From: Octopus vulgaris
Lineage: Eukaryota
DNA: 64,000 bases
NCBI GenBank assembly: GCA_951406725.2
Contig: OX597814.1
Span: 20,956,001 to 21,020,000 of the forward strand
Reading direction: 5' to 3'
Part shown: one piece after another, positions 37,854 through 51,000 of the stretch
Layout: the number at the start of each line of letters is the position of its first letter
How positions within the stretch are numbered: the first letter of the stretch is position 1
Position numbers and translations under genes: made by a program
The notes under the pieces: model-generated
Seen by the model: the letters and a program-made list of their open reading frames with translations, nothing else
What the model was told of the DNA's origin: nothing
Database searches by the model: none

Positions 37854-38670
37854 TTGGGGCATCCCATAATTAATGCAGCTTTTTCACTTGCAAGAAATAA
37901 AAGTCGGAGGGGGATGGGATAAACTACCTGCATCAACTTGCTATAGATGCAGGTAGTGATTTTACCTTTTCCTTTTGAAGAGTGCCATTTGATTTTAACA
38001 ATTATTTTTTCAAAGGTGCATATTCGGCATATTTTGCTTTATGAGTTCATTTAAGGCAACAATGCAACAGAAAGTGTGAGGAATACTAATGCAGTATATG
38101 GGGATCGGACAATAAGTGTAAGCCAGAGTCAACGGTGGTTCCAGAAATTCCAAGCCAGAAACTACAGCCTAGAAGATGAGTCTCATCCTGGAAGATCTGT
38201 GGAGCTCAATGAGGATGTCCTGCAAACCCTGGTGCAACAAAATCCCATCGCATCTGTTGAGGAACTAGCAGAGATGCATGGATTTGGTCATTCAACCATT
38301 CAATGAGACCTGTGTGCCATTGGAAATGTCAGCAAATTGGGTCAATGGGTCCCTCACAAACTTTCTGAATCTAATGCTCAGCCATATACAATGAGGATAA
38401 CATTCCAAAGGCTGGAGCAGTTTGAATAGGAAACGATGCTCCATCCACCATATTTGTCGACATTGCCCCATCTGATTATCATATATTCCGCAGTCTTCAA
38501 AATCGTTTGGACAGAAAATATATGAATTCTGTAGACAAAGTCAGAATAGTACTGGAGGAGTATTTTTTGTCATGGACAAGTGAATTTTGGAGAAGGGGCC
38601 TTGCAAGTCTACCAGATAGATGGAAGAGCATTGTAGAAAATGAAGGAGAGTATATTTTAGATTAAAAAAG
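37854..38670 (+). mobile_element. Mariner transposon relic with internal deletion
   Basis: TA then ttggggcatcccata.. left end; HIRHILLYEF, RWFQKF..SLEDE..PGR, GQWVPHKL, HPPY..IAPSDYH, LPDRWKSIVENEGEY; the central catalytic region is missing. Confidence 0.88.
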
Positions 38671-39139
38671 AACTTTATCTATTTCCTTTTTGTATTTGGT
38701 TTGCAAGATTCTTCATGTGAATTTGTGTGTTGAAGCATATTTTATTGTATCTGGGTAGAGGCATTCTCTTTCAGTGCCTTATCATTTAATACACTCACCA
38801 GTTCAATTTCCACTCATTTACTTTTTTTTTCTAAAATTTTTGTTGTGTCTTGCAACCTTTTCAATAGTCATTGACTCTGTCCGTTATCAAAGCAGCATTC
38901 TTTTTGTTTGTTTGTGTGCATGTGTGTGCGTCAGTGTACATGTGTATATGCATATGTATGTATGCATGCATGCATGTATGCATGTATGTGTATGCATATA
39001 TATATGTATGCATGTGTGTACGTTTGTATGTATGTATTCTGCATATTCATGTGTTTGTGTGTGTGTGTGTGTGTGTGTGCATGCGCACATGTGTGTGTGT
39101 GTACCTCTGTCTCCGTGTGCGTGCCTGTTTGAGTGACTA

Positions 39140-39480
39140 TGTAATTGCTTGGATAATGCAGATGTCAAGTCGATCCAGTGTGCCTCCATGTTAGCCTTTG
39201 GCATGTTGATAGCATATGGAGGACTGTTTTTTGTTGTCATATTGTCTCAAATGTTCATTTAGTCTCTCTGCGATGCTTCTAGATGTCCCAACTAGGTATA
39301 TCATATTCTTGTCTTTACAAGCACCCACTATGCACCTTATGTTGTAGACTACATTTCTAGTTCTATAGTTAATTCCAGGGTTAATCTTACATACCATGCA
39401 GTTATCATTGGTGCATGTGGTATTCTCAAACGGGTACATCCTACATAGTTGTGATCTGATGGAGCTCCCTGGCCTTTCAA
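39140..39480 (-). mobile_element. Penelope-like GIY-YIG endonuclease fragment
   Basis: CMVC...RNVVYNIRC..C....IYLVGTSRSIAERLNEH matches the Cys-rich linker and GIY-YIG pattern of Penelope elements. Confidence 0.75.
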
Positions 39481-39489
39481 TGATCTTAA

Positions 39490-39620
39490 TGTTGAGTCAG
39501 GCCTCTGATAGTGATCCAGCTATAAGAACAAGGTCATCAGTATAGAGGAGCTTCCAGCAGCAGCCTGTCTTCAATTCTTCTATTATTGCCCGGAGGACTA
39601 TGATGAAGAAGAGGGGGTTG
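39490..39620 (-). mobile_element. Short RTE reverse transcriptase fragment
   Basis: Similar to 42720-42830; encodes LLYTDDL (degenerate YADD). Confidence 0.65.
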
Positions 39621-41278
39621 TCGCTACTTAATTGGTAATATTTGTATTTTGTGCGAATTAGAAAAAGCAATCAGAGAATTGATAAATTAACCTGTGTAAA
39701 CAAAAAATGCTTCCAGATCTCAACTAACTTAGTGTCTCTGAATTCCTAATTGGTAACAACATTCTTAAGCAATATGGGCTTTTTGTTCCATTCAATGTAT
39801 ATTTGAAAATATACTTTTTTTTTTATTCTCACAGCTACTAGGCTCATATACTGACAATCTTCCCATGAGCAACACTACCGTCTTTGATATTTATCAAGCT
39901 CGTTTTATGTCTTTTATTAGTGCAATGGTCTTAGATTTTCTATTTATGCAATTGTTTCTCTTTTTCCATCATTTCTATGTTGTTCTATCACCAGATTCTT
40001 CTTCTTCTTCTTCTTCTTCTTCAAAAATACATTTACTGAACCCGCTTTACTGTTCATGTATCTCTGCCAACTATCATCATCCAGCTTTAATGTCACTATG
40101 TTATCCCCTCACTATTTCACCAAAGTATGGTAGGGATTGAAAAACATTACAAAAAAAACAAAAAAAAAACCACCCTTCATTCTTAGAATAATTAATGTTT
40201 TTTTTAAAGGACATTAAAACATTTTCTCTGCCAGGGTTATCTTAGTGGGATTTGCTATTATCATCAGATCTCTCTTCATGAAACATAAAAAAAAAAGAAA
40301 GTAAATAAAGTGAACTTTATACTAATAGATTTGATAGTAAAAAAATGTTTAATTAAATGCTGAGCAAGTCATTAATTTTAGTTATAGATTTTAAATTTTC
40401 CACAGGGATTAAATAACTTTGTAAGAGACATCAAACTTTTATAACCCTGGAGAAAAGAAAGGACAAAAGTATATTTGTGTGAACAATAGTAATGAAATTA
40501 CCTTCTTTGTTATTTACTGTAAACTGATTAATTACATAGGTCATGCATGACTTTAATGTATAAAATATATCTCACAAAGGACATTTTAAAAACATGAACT
40601 GAATAGCTAATCAGATGATCATTAAATCTAAGTAGATTTGTTGGGGGTGGGGTGGGGTGGGGGAAACAAAACATTTAAACCTAAAAATAGGAATACAATC
40701 TTCTATAAAGAATACCAATACAATTTTTTGAGGTACTTTCTTTGATGATCAAGGATAGTACTTTTGCACATAATGGAAAAGACAGCACAATTAAATCCAA
40801 GATTAGGATTTAAAGTTAGGCAACATACCTCTCATGTCTAAGCTTAAACCAAGTGTGTTTGCTTTACAACAATCCCTGATGTCTGAACCCTTGGGTATTT
40901 CATGTTAATTAACTGGTCACATCTCTACCAGTTCTATTCTGACTACACTTAGTCTCAAATATGCTTTATCAGGGATCTAAATGAGACAGCTAAGTAAAAA
41001 ATCCCTCTCCTAAATAATGTTGAACTGTACCCAACAATCATGAAAGCTCTAATGGTTCACTCACAGCTAAATTGCAATAGTTATCATTATAATAATTATC
41101 ATCTTTTAATGGCCATCTTCTATACTGGCATGGGTTGGATGATTTGACAGGATTAGATAGGTTTGAGGACTACATTGTGCTCCAATGTCTGCTTTGGCAT
41201 GGTTTCTACAGCTGGAGGCCTTACTAAATGCCAGCCACTTTACATCATATATTGAGTGAGGGGCCCAATAATGCACAT

Positions 41279-44270
41279 TCATCATCATCATCTAACGTCC
41301 GTTGTCCATTCTGGCATGAGTTGGACGGTTTGATCAGGGCTGATAAGCTGGAAGGCTGTACCAGATTCCAGTTTGATTTGGCATGGTTTTCTATGGTTGG
41401 ATGCCCTTCCTAATGTTAACCACTCGGAGAGTGTAATGAGTGCTTTTATGTGCCACCGTCATGGGTGCCATTTGCATGACACTGGTATCTGTCTTAACTG
41501 TGATTTTGCTTGGTTTGATAGGTCTTCTTCTCAAGCACAACATAATGTCAAAGGTCTCAGTCATTGCCTCTGTGAGGCCCAATACTTGAAAGGAACTCAA
41601 CCACTTTGCCTCTATGAGGTGCCACACTTGAAAGGAACTCAGGCACTCTGCCTCTGTGAGGCCCATTGCTAGAAAAGAACTCGGCCACTTTGCCTCCATA
41701 AGCACCTCAGTGCTCAAAAGCAACTCAGTCACTTTGTCTCTGTGAGGCCCAATACTCTAATGGTGCTTTTTACGTGCCACTGGTATGGGTGCCAGTTATG
41801 TGACACCAACATCAGCCATGACTGCGATTTCACTTGGCTTGATGGGTTTTCTCAAGCACAGCATATTGCCAAAGATCTCAGTTACTAGTCATTGCCTCTG
41901 TAAGGTTCAAAGTTCAAAGATGATGCTTCACCATTTCGTCCCATGTCTTCCTGGCTCTACCTCTATCACAGGTTCCTCCTACAGAGACTGGCACTTCTTT
42001 ACACAGATGTTCTCATCCATATGTATCACATGACCAGACCAGTGCAGTCGTTTTTCTTGCACACCCCATCTGATGCCTCTTATGCCCAACTTTTCTCTCA
42101 AGATGCTTACACTCTGTTGAACATGCACACTGACATTGCACATCCAGTGAAGCATACTGGCTTCATTTTTTTCAAGCCTATGCATGTCCTTGGCTGTCAT
42201 GGCCCATGTTTCACTGCCATGTAGCATGGCTGTTCGCACACAGGCATCAAACAATCTGCCTTTCACTCTAAGAGAGAGGCCCTTTGTCGCCAGCAGATGT
42301 AGGAGCTCTCTGAACTTTGCCCAGCCTAATCTTATTCTCACAGCTATGCTCTCGGAGCATCCCACTCCACTACTAACTTCGTCATCTAGATAACAGAAGC
42401 TATCTACTACCTCTAGCTTGCCCCCCTGGCAGTTCATGGAGTCTATTTTCTGTGCATTTTCAGCATTTATTTCACCTGTGCATCTTCCACATACAAAAGC
42501 TAGTTTCCCTGTTAATCTTCCTCTGATATTGCTCCTTTTACATGTCCAAAGCTTACACTGGGTGCATCTTACAGATGTAGATCGAGCAGGGTCATCTACC
42601 TGAAGAGATTTGTGGTTTGTCTGCCTTCCTACTTACTAAAACTTTGGTTTTTGCTAGGTTAACACTAAGGCCCTTTGATTCTAGACATTACTTCCATACC
42701 TGGAACTTCTCTAGTTCTGATAGTGATTCAGCTGTAAGAGCAAGGTCATCAGCATAGAAAAGCTCCCAGGGGCAGCCTGTCTTAAATTCCTCTGTTATTG
42801 CCTGGAGGACTATGATGAACAAGAGGGGGGCTGAGCACCAGTCCTTGGTGAACCCTACTTATACCCTGAATTCTTTGCTGTACTCATTGCCAACTCTCAC
42901 CTTACAGGTAGCATCCCTGTACATGACTTGTACAGCTCTCACCAACTACTCGTCTATCCCTAGTGTCCATACTGACCACCAGATAAGGGATCGGGGGACC
43001 CTGTCAAAAGCTTTCTCTAAGTCAGCAAAGGCCAAGTACAGAGGTTTATCTTTGGCTAGGTATTTCTCCTGCAGCTGTCTTACCAGAAATATAGCATCAG
43101 TGGTGCTTCTCCCTGGCACAGAACCAAATTGTGTCTCATCTAGGCTAACTCTCTCCCTAATTAGTTGGGTTATGACTCTCTCCATAACTTCCATCACCTG
43201 ATCCAACAATGTGACACCTCTGTAATTATTTGTATCTAAGGCATCACCTTTACCTTTGTAGCAGTTGATTCGGGTAGTTGGTACCTCAATTGGGTCAAAA
43301 TTTATCAAACTATTCTCCTCTCATTCATTCTCTATGTTCAGCATTCTTTCATAATGGCATTTCCAAGTCTCTTTCTTTGCAGAATCATTAAACGCAAGTG
43401 CACCATCACCCATGTGGACACATTTCTCTCCTGTGACATCACGATTTTCTCTCACACACTGTCCCGCAATCTGAAACACTTAATTTCTTTGGTCCTGACA
43501 TTGCTGAACATAGGCAAACTTCTTTTCTGCTTCTCCCTTGGCTAGATATACCTGTCTCCTAGCTTTCCTCCTGGCAATCTGATAGTTCCCCAGTAGCCTC
43601 ACTTCTTTGCTCTAATGGCCCTGTCTACTGCATCGTTCCACCACCACGTTATCCTAGGTCTTGTTGGGACTTCACACCACCCACAGACTTGGTCTGTGGC
43701 ACTCAGCAAGCTGCCCTGCAGGAATTTCCAGTTGCTCTATGTCACAAGTTTGTAGCTCCTCCTCTCTCTCATCAAATTTCTCAATTAGGATGTCCCAAAA
43801 TTTCTGAGCACATGAAGGACCTTTAAAGCTTCCAAATCTTTCTTTTCCAGATTAGCCAGCTTCTTGTTGGTATCCTTCTGGCCTGGAGTCTAAAATCACT
43901 AACAACTAGTTTATGTTGGGGGATACATTCTTCACCAGGGAGGGTCTTTGTCTTTAAGAGCAACCATGCATCCCACTGCCAGATTAGAATGTAGTCAATC
44001 TGGCAAGAGTAGCCACCTGATTGGTAGGTTATCAGGTGACTGGTCAACTCCCTGAAGTTGGTGTTGCAGATCAATAGGTTATTTGCATCATAGAACTCTT
44101 CACCTTACCTCTTGGATGCAGCACACATCAACATGCCTCCGTTCAAGCAGCTCAACAATCTCGTTAGACCTACTTTTCAATGTGCCTACATTAACAGTGC
44201 CAACCCTGAGAACTGGGTAAGGGGCACAAGAGGGAACATGGGCAAAAGAGATGGTATTGGGCACCTGAAA
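41279..44270 (-). mobile_element. Degraded RTE-clade LINE (AP endonuclease + reverse transcriptase, (GAT)n tail)
   Basis: Endonuclease start LRVGTVNVGTLK...DVCCIQE (~44110-44210); QIDYIL; RT NYRGVTLL, QFGSVPGRSTTDAIF, FADLEKAFDRVP, ELFYADDL (~42745-42770); thumb region LEVVDSFCYL...MLHGSETW; many stops, frameshifts and deletions. Confidence 0.9.
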
Positions 44271-44948
44271 AGAAGGTTTCAGTGATTGTTTGGTAACAGA
44301 TGTGTCACATCAGTGGGTCTTAATTTAACCTACCATCACTCAAACATGTTAAAATTGTTGTCCCTGTAGGTAGTGGGTAGCATTGTAAATATAAGCATTA
44401 CTGCTGCAAATATAAATAGGTCAATGTATAAATTAATTAATTATTTAAATGATCTGCTATTAGTTAGTCCATTATATATAGGGAGAAAGAGGAAGGTGGC
44501 TTGTTAATTTACTAATAATTTCCTTTGTAACATATAACCTTTTGGTGCATGCATGTGTGTGTGTATATATATATATATATTTTTTAAATTTTAATTTATC
44601 TTTCAAACAAACACCATTTTATAGTTTTACTTCAAATTTAAAAAAAAAACTACCATTCGATATGTTATACAGAATTCAATTTTATATCTCTGAAGAGCAG
44701 AAGCGTTGATATACATATCAATATAAGGTAAGATGCTTTAAATAATTCATTCAAAACTTTTAAACTGTCATATACGTTATATATTTATACTTATACATAT
44801 TTACATATATTTTTTATACATATTTATATTTATTTATCTAAATATTTTTAATACAACAATTATTTTTCACACATGTATATCTTTCTGAGGAGTTTTGATA
44901 TTGATTTCCTAATATTAATAATAATATATTAAAATATATACATATATA

Positions 44949-45322
44949 CACTACCGTCAGAAATTAATTAGCACCCTTGATTTGCTCTTCACTCAAGGTA
45001 TGTGCTGTCACCTAGTGGCCATAACTATTGCTTTGTTGCGAGTTCACTGTTGCGCAGAACGATGACGTAACTTTGTTTGCAGAGCAGTTTGAGAGTCTAC
45101 AGCCTTATGATGTTGACATAGCAGTGCAACAACAACTTGGAGTGCGGATGCAGACAAATCTTCCTTTGTTTATTAGATATAGGTAGCGCCTCGCAAGGAC
45201 CGAAATCACACCATACTAAGTTTTCTCATCGCGTAAGACGTTTTGAACAGCTCATAGGTTAATTGATTTAACCTATTTAATGTAGAAATTTGAGAAGTGC
45301 TAATTAATTTCTGACGCAAGTG
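44949..45322 (-). mobile_element. Tc1/mariner-type MITE, copy 2 (inverted, near-identical to copy 1)
   Basis: Reverse complement of 18530-18909 apart from a 6-bp indel and a few substitutions; TA flanks. Confidence 0.88.
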
Positions 45323-46543
45323 TATACACACACACATTGTCCTTAACTTGAAAACCCTCTTACCTTTCAAACAGCAACTGAACCTAGTTTCTTGCCAAAA
45401 GGGTTTCTACTAACTATGTAGAATTTCTTTTGCTCATCACTCGATGAAGATAGTTCTGCAAATACCATTTCTGATGATCAACATCATTAACTACATTTAT
45501 TTCAGATTGTATTCATTGTCAATGGATCTTTGATGGTTTCCACATCAGTATTCAGTTGACCTACTGAACAACCTGCTCATTAATTTAGCATGAAATTGAC
45601 TGGTTGAGCACTCCACAGACATGTGTATCAATGTAATTCTCAGGTAAAAATCACTGTGACATGACTGGACCTCTAAATTATAGCTACAATCCCTCTGATA
45701 GGCTTCCACAGGTTCACTGACTATACTTAAGCCGATTAGATGCTACATAGTGGGACAGAATCTGGCAGGGCCTTGTGATTCTTAGCCATTCAACCAAGCT
45801 GCTTCCAGATTACAATGAACTCAAACTGACACACATCAAAATTTCTCAAGTATTCCTTAACTATTCCACCTCATATACACTGACACCAAGTGTGAAAACT
45901 TCACCAGTTACAAATCTGCCATAATTCCAGTCAGATCTTTCAATTCTACCATGCTATCTTAAAAATTGATGAATATAGGAGATACAGTAATTCTAAATAT
46001 AATCTACCAAGAGAAATCAGATCATAGCTTGAATGCTGGTTGAATGATGTGAAGAGGAATATTTTCTGTGCATGTAGATGCAATCAGAATACTACAGAAG
46101 TAACATCTTTGAATGTAACCACCAAAGACTAAGCTGAGATGCATTAAGAATCAGTGCAGAGGACCAGCAATTATTATGTTCTGAATAAATTGAACTTACC
46201 AGTTCATAATCTGGTGACCATCAGCATCTGCTAATATATAAAAATAGATTGGACAGTGGAGATATGTCCAGACTATAATTCATTGATTAATCACTGCATT
46301 TCAGAATGTGCACTATGGTCTTCTGCTAGATACAAGCATGATGTAAATAGGAAAAGCAGATCAGAAGGTGACATATCATGTCTAGTACCTGTATGATGCT
46401 ATAGATCTGCTTCTGTTTGGACATAGCTGACGTGGGGATATACAAGTGCTAATTAACAAGGGGCACTATGTGGGTGCTTGGCCAAGAAATAACAGCTAAG
46501 TCTGATTTGAATCACACCCAACTATCTTAAATAATACACTAAC

Positions 46544-46958
46544 AGGCGCAGGAGTGGCTGTGTGGTAAGTAGCTTGCTAACCAACCACATGGTTCCGGGT
46601 TCAGTCCCACTGCGTGGCATCTTGGGCAAGTGTCTTCTGCTATAGCCCCGGGCCGACCAATGCCTTGTGAGTGGATTTGGTAGACGGAAACTGAAAGAAG
46701 CCTGTTGTATATATGTATATATATATATGTGTGTGTATATGTGTTTGTGTGTCTGTGTTTGTCCCCCTAGCATTGCTTGACAACCGATGCTGGTGTGTTT
46801 ACGTCCCCGTCACTTAGCGGTTCGGCAAAAGAGACCGATAGAATAAGTACTGGGCTTACAAAGAATAAGTCCTGGGGTCGATTTGCTCGACTAAAAAAAG
46901 GCGGTGCTCCAGCATGGCCGCAGTCAAATGACTGAAACAAGTAAAAGAGTAAAGAGTA
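46544..46958 (+). mobile_element. tRNA-derived CORE-like SINE family B, near-intact; other copies ~1293-1447(+), 5790-6180(-), 29910-30055(+), 49528-50010(+), 55030-55340(-), 56735-56890(-), 58381-58752(+)
   Basis: A box TGGCTGTGTGGT, B box GGTTCAGTCCC, CORE-like CTTGGGCAAGT, internal (TA/TG)n, tail GAAACAAGTAAAAGAGTAAAGAG. Confidence 0.88.
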
Positions 46959-47657
46959 AGCCAAAGGAACTCCAGGTTGATTGCTTGTCCTACTAGAAAT
47001 AGCAGCCAAATCTGATTTGGGGTTATAAAAACAACAAAAATAAAAAATAATACATTGGACAACATAATCACTGATACAGATAAAAAAAAAATAGGATGGG
47101 GATAACTGAAAGACATTTGATCTTAGGGTGAAACAACTTGCTCATACACTCCAATTAACCCTTATGCACTTAAGGGCTACTTATGCCACAGAATTTGATT
47201 AATAAAAAAAATGGGATGGTCAAAGTCAGAATGTCTTCAGTCATGGCTAAAATGAAGATAAGCATGTGGTAGTTTATCAACAAGAAGATGTAAAGCAATG
47301 TTGGGCCTATGCTCAAACTTAAAGGAATGAAACTAATCTATTAATATGGCATTAAGTCTTGTACATAATTTGTCAACTCATAATCTTTCATCTTGATAAA
47401 AGTTAAAAAGAATAGATAAAATGTATAATTATTGAACACTTTAATATGAATAAATAAGCCAATATACAGTGGTATTTATGGTGTAAAATACACAATAGAG
47501 AAACTTTAATAAAATGTCATAATGGATGGTTTTAAATTTAAATAAAGTTTTAACAGTATAAGAAATCAACATTTTTTTTAACAATAAGCAAATGTTTCCT
47601 TACAAAATAATGAGTAGAATGTACTGCTGTAAATTGAAATATTTTGTTTAAAAACTC

Positions 47658-47691
47658 TTTATTTTTAAAATATTTCTTTATTGATTTTATT
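47658..47691 (-). terminator. Candidate polyadenylation signals of EXOC5
   Basis: Three AATAAA hexamers on the minus strand (plus-strand tttatt) about 240-270 nt after the stop; AT-rich context makes this weak evidence. Confidence 0.35.
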
Positions 47692-47930
47692 GGTAACTTT
47701 TCTTAAAAAGTGTACAATTGGTACGCATGAAATACACACAGGCTCTCACAAATGTTAAATATCTACAACACATGTTTAAAAGCTGGACATTTTTTTGTTT
47801 CAAACTTAGATTCACTATAATCTCTTGAAGTTTGTACATGCAAATATATATATTGCTGAAAGAATATTATAGTAGAGAATTAAATAGTAAGATTGCATGT
47901 GTATATAACAGCACGTGTATATAACAGAAA

Positions 47931-48017
47931 TTATTTAAGTAGTGATGCCAATTTAGATGATCGGAAATCAACACGAAGTTGTACAAAGGCCAAAATAACA
48001 GATTTGTCAAGTCCAGC
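47931..48017 (-). CDS. EXOC5: EXOC5 last coding exon
   Basis: cag|AGLDKSVILAFVQLRVDFRSSKLASLLK then TAA. Confidence 0.94.
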   Translation of the reverse strand, partial: AGLDKSVILAFVQLRVDFRSSKLASLLK

Positions 48018-51000
48018 CTGAAATAGAAAGAAAAATGGGTTAGTACATGAAGAACATATTGAAATCTTAATAATATGCTTGATGTGTAACTGAAAAATAA
48101 CTAGTTTTGTCAGAAATTTTATTATGTTCACTATCAGTGTAATAATTTGCATAAATTTATCTGTTTTAACCTAGATTATTTGTAGGCAGTTACATAGTTC
48201 ATTAAAACTTTATTTAAAGTACTTTTATCATTTTTCCTCTCCTATTCACCAAAGATTCAAATTTTCAAATTATTTCATGAGTAATTTCAGTCTACAAAGA
48301 GAAACAAAAATGGGGCAAGACAGAGTGTGTGTGTGTGTGTGTGTGTATGTGAGAGGGAGAATGTGAATGTATGTGTATGTGCATGCATGTGTGAGTGTGA
48401 GAGAGGGAGAGAGAGCATACCTGCGCATGCACACACACACACACTCACTCTCTCTCTCACTCCAGTATGTCACCTTTGACACAGAGTATAATGTCTGAAA
48501 TTGTCTTGCCATATGTACTGCAATCCCATTGTATTTATGTACTATCACTTTATGTTGTATTGATATTAAATGCATTATCTGTTTGTATCTAAATCTCTTT
48601 GTTTGTTTTTTTTGCCATGCTTATTACCAAGGCCATAGGAAAAAGGAGGAGGAGGAAGAAGAAAGAAAGAATGTGAAAACTGTAGTGCAGCAACCTCTCT
48701 ACTACAAACAAAACATGTTCTGAAAATCTCATACAGATTAAACTAACAGCAGTTCTTATCAAACAACAGAGCATCATACAACGTACCTTGTGGTAGTTGA
48801 TTACGTTGTTTTATGTTCTAAATTCAATTTTACCCAGGTACACTTTGCCATTTATCTTTTGATAAAATAAGCAATGGGCATCGACATAATTGACTATATC
48901 CTAGAAGGTGGAGATCCAGTATAGAATATACAAATGAGACTAGTAAAAGAATATATCAGAAAGAAGGGTAGAGCAAGTGATTCTGGCAGATACCTTCCAG
49001 CCTAGGGAAGTCAATATATTGACATCACTATTTGATGCTTGTTTTCCACACTGGCATGGGTTGGATGGTTTGATAGGAACTGGTGAACCAGAGGATTGTG
49101 CTAAGGTCTACTGTTTGCTTTGGTATGGTTTCTATGGTTTCATGCCCTTCCTTAGTATTTCTGGTTGACAACTTTCAGAAAAGAGAAGTCAAAACATGAT
49201 GTTTATTAATTCTGGCAGACACCTTCTAGACCAATGAGGTCAACACAATTGGTACCAATTCTGGCAGACAACTAATTTCCAGTGAAGTCAGTACAGTTGA
49301 TGTTTATTAATCCTGGCATGTTTAATCAAGACCAATGGTTCTCAACCAGGGTCCATGTAAGATTTTGAGGGAATCACAGATGCAATATAGTAAATTGTGT
49401 GTGTGTGGGGGGTCCATGGTAATTTTTCAGCAACCATAAAAAAAATTGTGCTTCAGACCAGTAAAGTTTATATGCAATAAATTCTTTATACGTCTACAAT
49501 ACACAAAACATTTTAACAATTTTTACACAGGTGCAGGAGTGGCTGTGTAGTAAGTAGCTTGCTTCCCAACCACATGGTTCCAGGTTCATTCCCACTGCGT
49601 GGCACCTTAGGCAAGTGTCTTGTACTATAGCCTCAGGCCAACTAAAGCCTTGTGAGTGGATTTGGTAGACAGAAACTGAGAGAAGCCCGTCGTATATATG
49701 TATGCATATATGTGCCCCAGCATGGCCACAGCTCATGAGCTGAAACTGGAAAAATCAAAATCAAATATATATGTGTGTATGTGTGTGTGTGTGTGTATAT
49801 GTTTGTGTGTCTGTGTTTATCTCTGCCAACATCACTTGACAACCAATGGTGGTGTGTTTACGTTCTTGTAACTTAGCGGTTCGGCAAAAGAGACCGATAG
49901 AATAAGTACTAGGCTCCTAAAGAATAAGTCCTGGGGTCGATTTGCTCGACTAAATGCGGTGCTCCAGCATGGCCGCAGTCAAATGACTGAAACAAGTAAA
50001 AGAGTAAAAAAAAAACGAGTAAGTCCTAATAATATTTAATCATAAAAATACAATAGGATTTTTTAAACATTGAATGGCTATGGGGATCCACCCAAGTAAA
50101 ATAGGAATCAAAAATGGTCCACTGATACAAACACAGTTGATGAACAGTTAATATCAAGCAATTCTGGCAGACACATTACAGATAGTCAAATCAATACAAT
50201 CAGAGTTTAGTTTGAAATTTTACAGATTGATACAATGGTTGGAGAAACAGGTAAGGTATAAAGTATTGGTTGACAAGTGGTTTGTAGCATATTGATTTGT
50301 ATATTAATTGAATGGTTCTTTGAGGATGCAGCCCTGGTTTTGTTATAGATGTACAGCTACTATGAAAGGTACTGGCATCCATGCTAGCAGGGTGCAAAGG
50401 GCACCATACAAGTGTGATCGTTGACAGAGCGGTTAACTGGCTTCCGTGCCAGTGGCACATAAAAGGCACCATTCGAGTGTGATCATTACCAGCATCGCCT
50501 TACTGACACTTGTGCTTGTGCTAGTGGGGTGCCAAGAGCAGCATATGAGCATGATCGTTACCAGAGCAGCTAACTGGCTTCTGTGTCGGTGGCACATAAA
50601 AGGCACCATTCAAGCGTGATTGCTACCAGCGTCGCCTTACTGGCACTTGTGCTGGTGGCATGTGTAAAAAGATTTGAGTGAGGTCATTGACAGTACCGCC
50701 TGACTGGCCCCGTGCCGGTGGCACGTAAAACGCACCCACTACACTCTCAGAGTAGTTGGTGTTAGGAAGGGCATCCAGCTGTAGAAGCTCTGCAAGGTCA
50801 AGATTGGAGCCTGGTGCAGCCATCTGGTTTGCCAGCCCTCAGTCAAAATCGTCCAACCCATGCTAGCATGGAAAGCAGACGTTAAATGATGATGATGATG
50901 ATATTTGCTCTCTGTCTTCACATACACTGATATTAATAGCAGTTGGATAGCTTCAAACAAATTAGGCATAAATAGAAAATTACAGTACAGTAAACCGGAA

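Noticed and set aside
38774-39240. Cys/Val/His/Thr-rich ORFs (also 938-1189, 33729-34020, 48270-48575)
   Set aside because: Translations of (TG)n/(TATG)n microsatellites.
41279-44270. Active, autonomous RTE LINE
   Set aside because: ORF is broken by stops, frameshifts and deletions.
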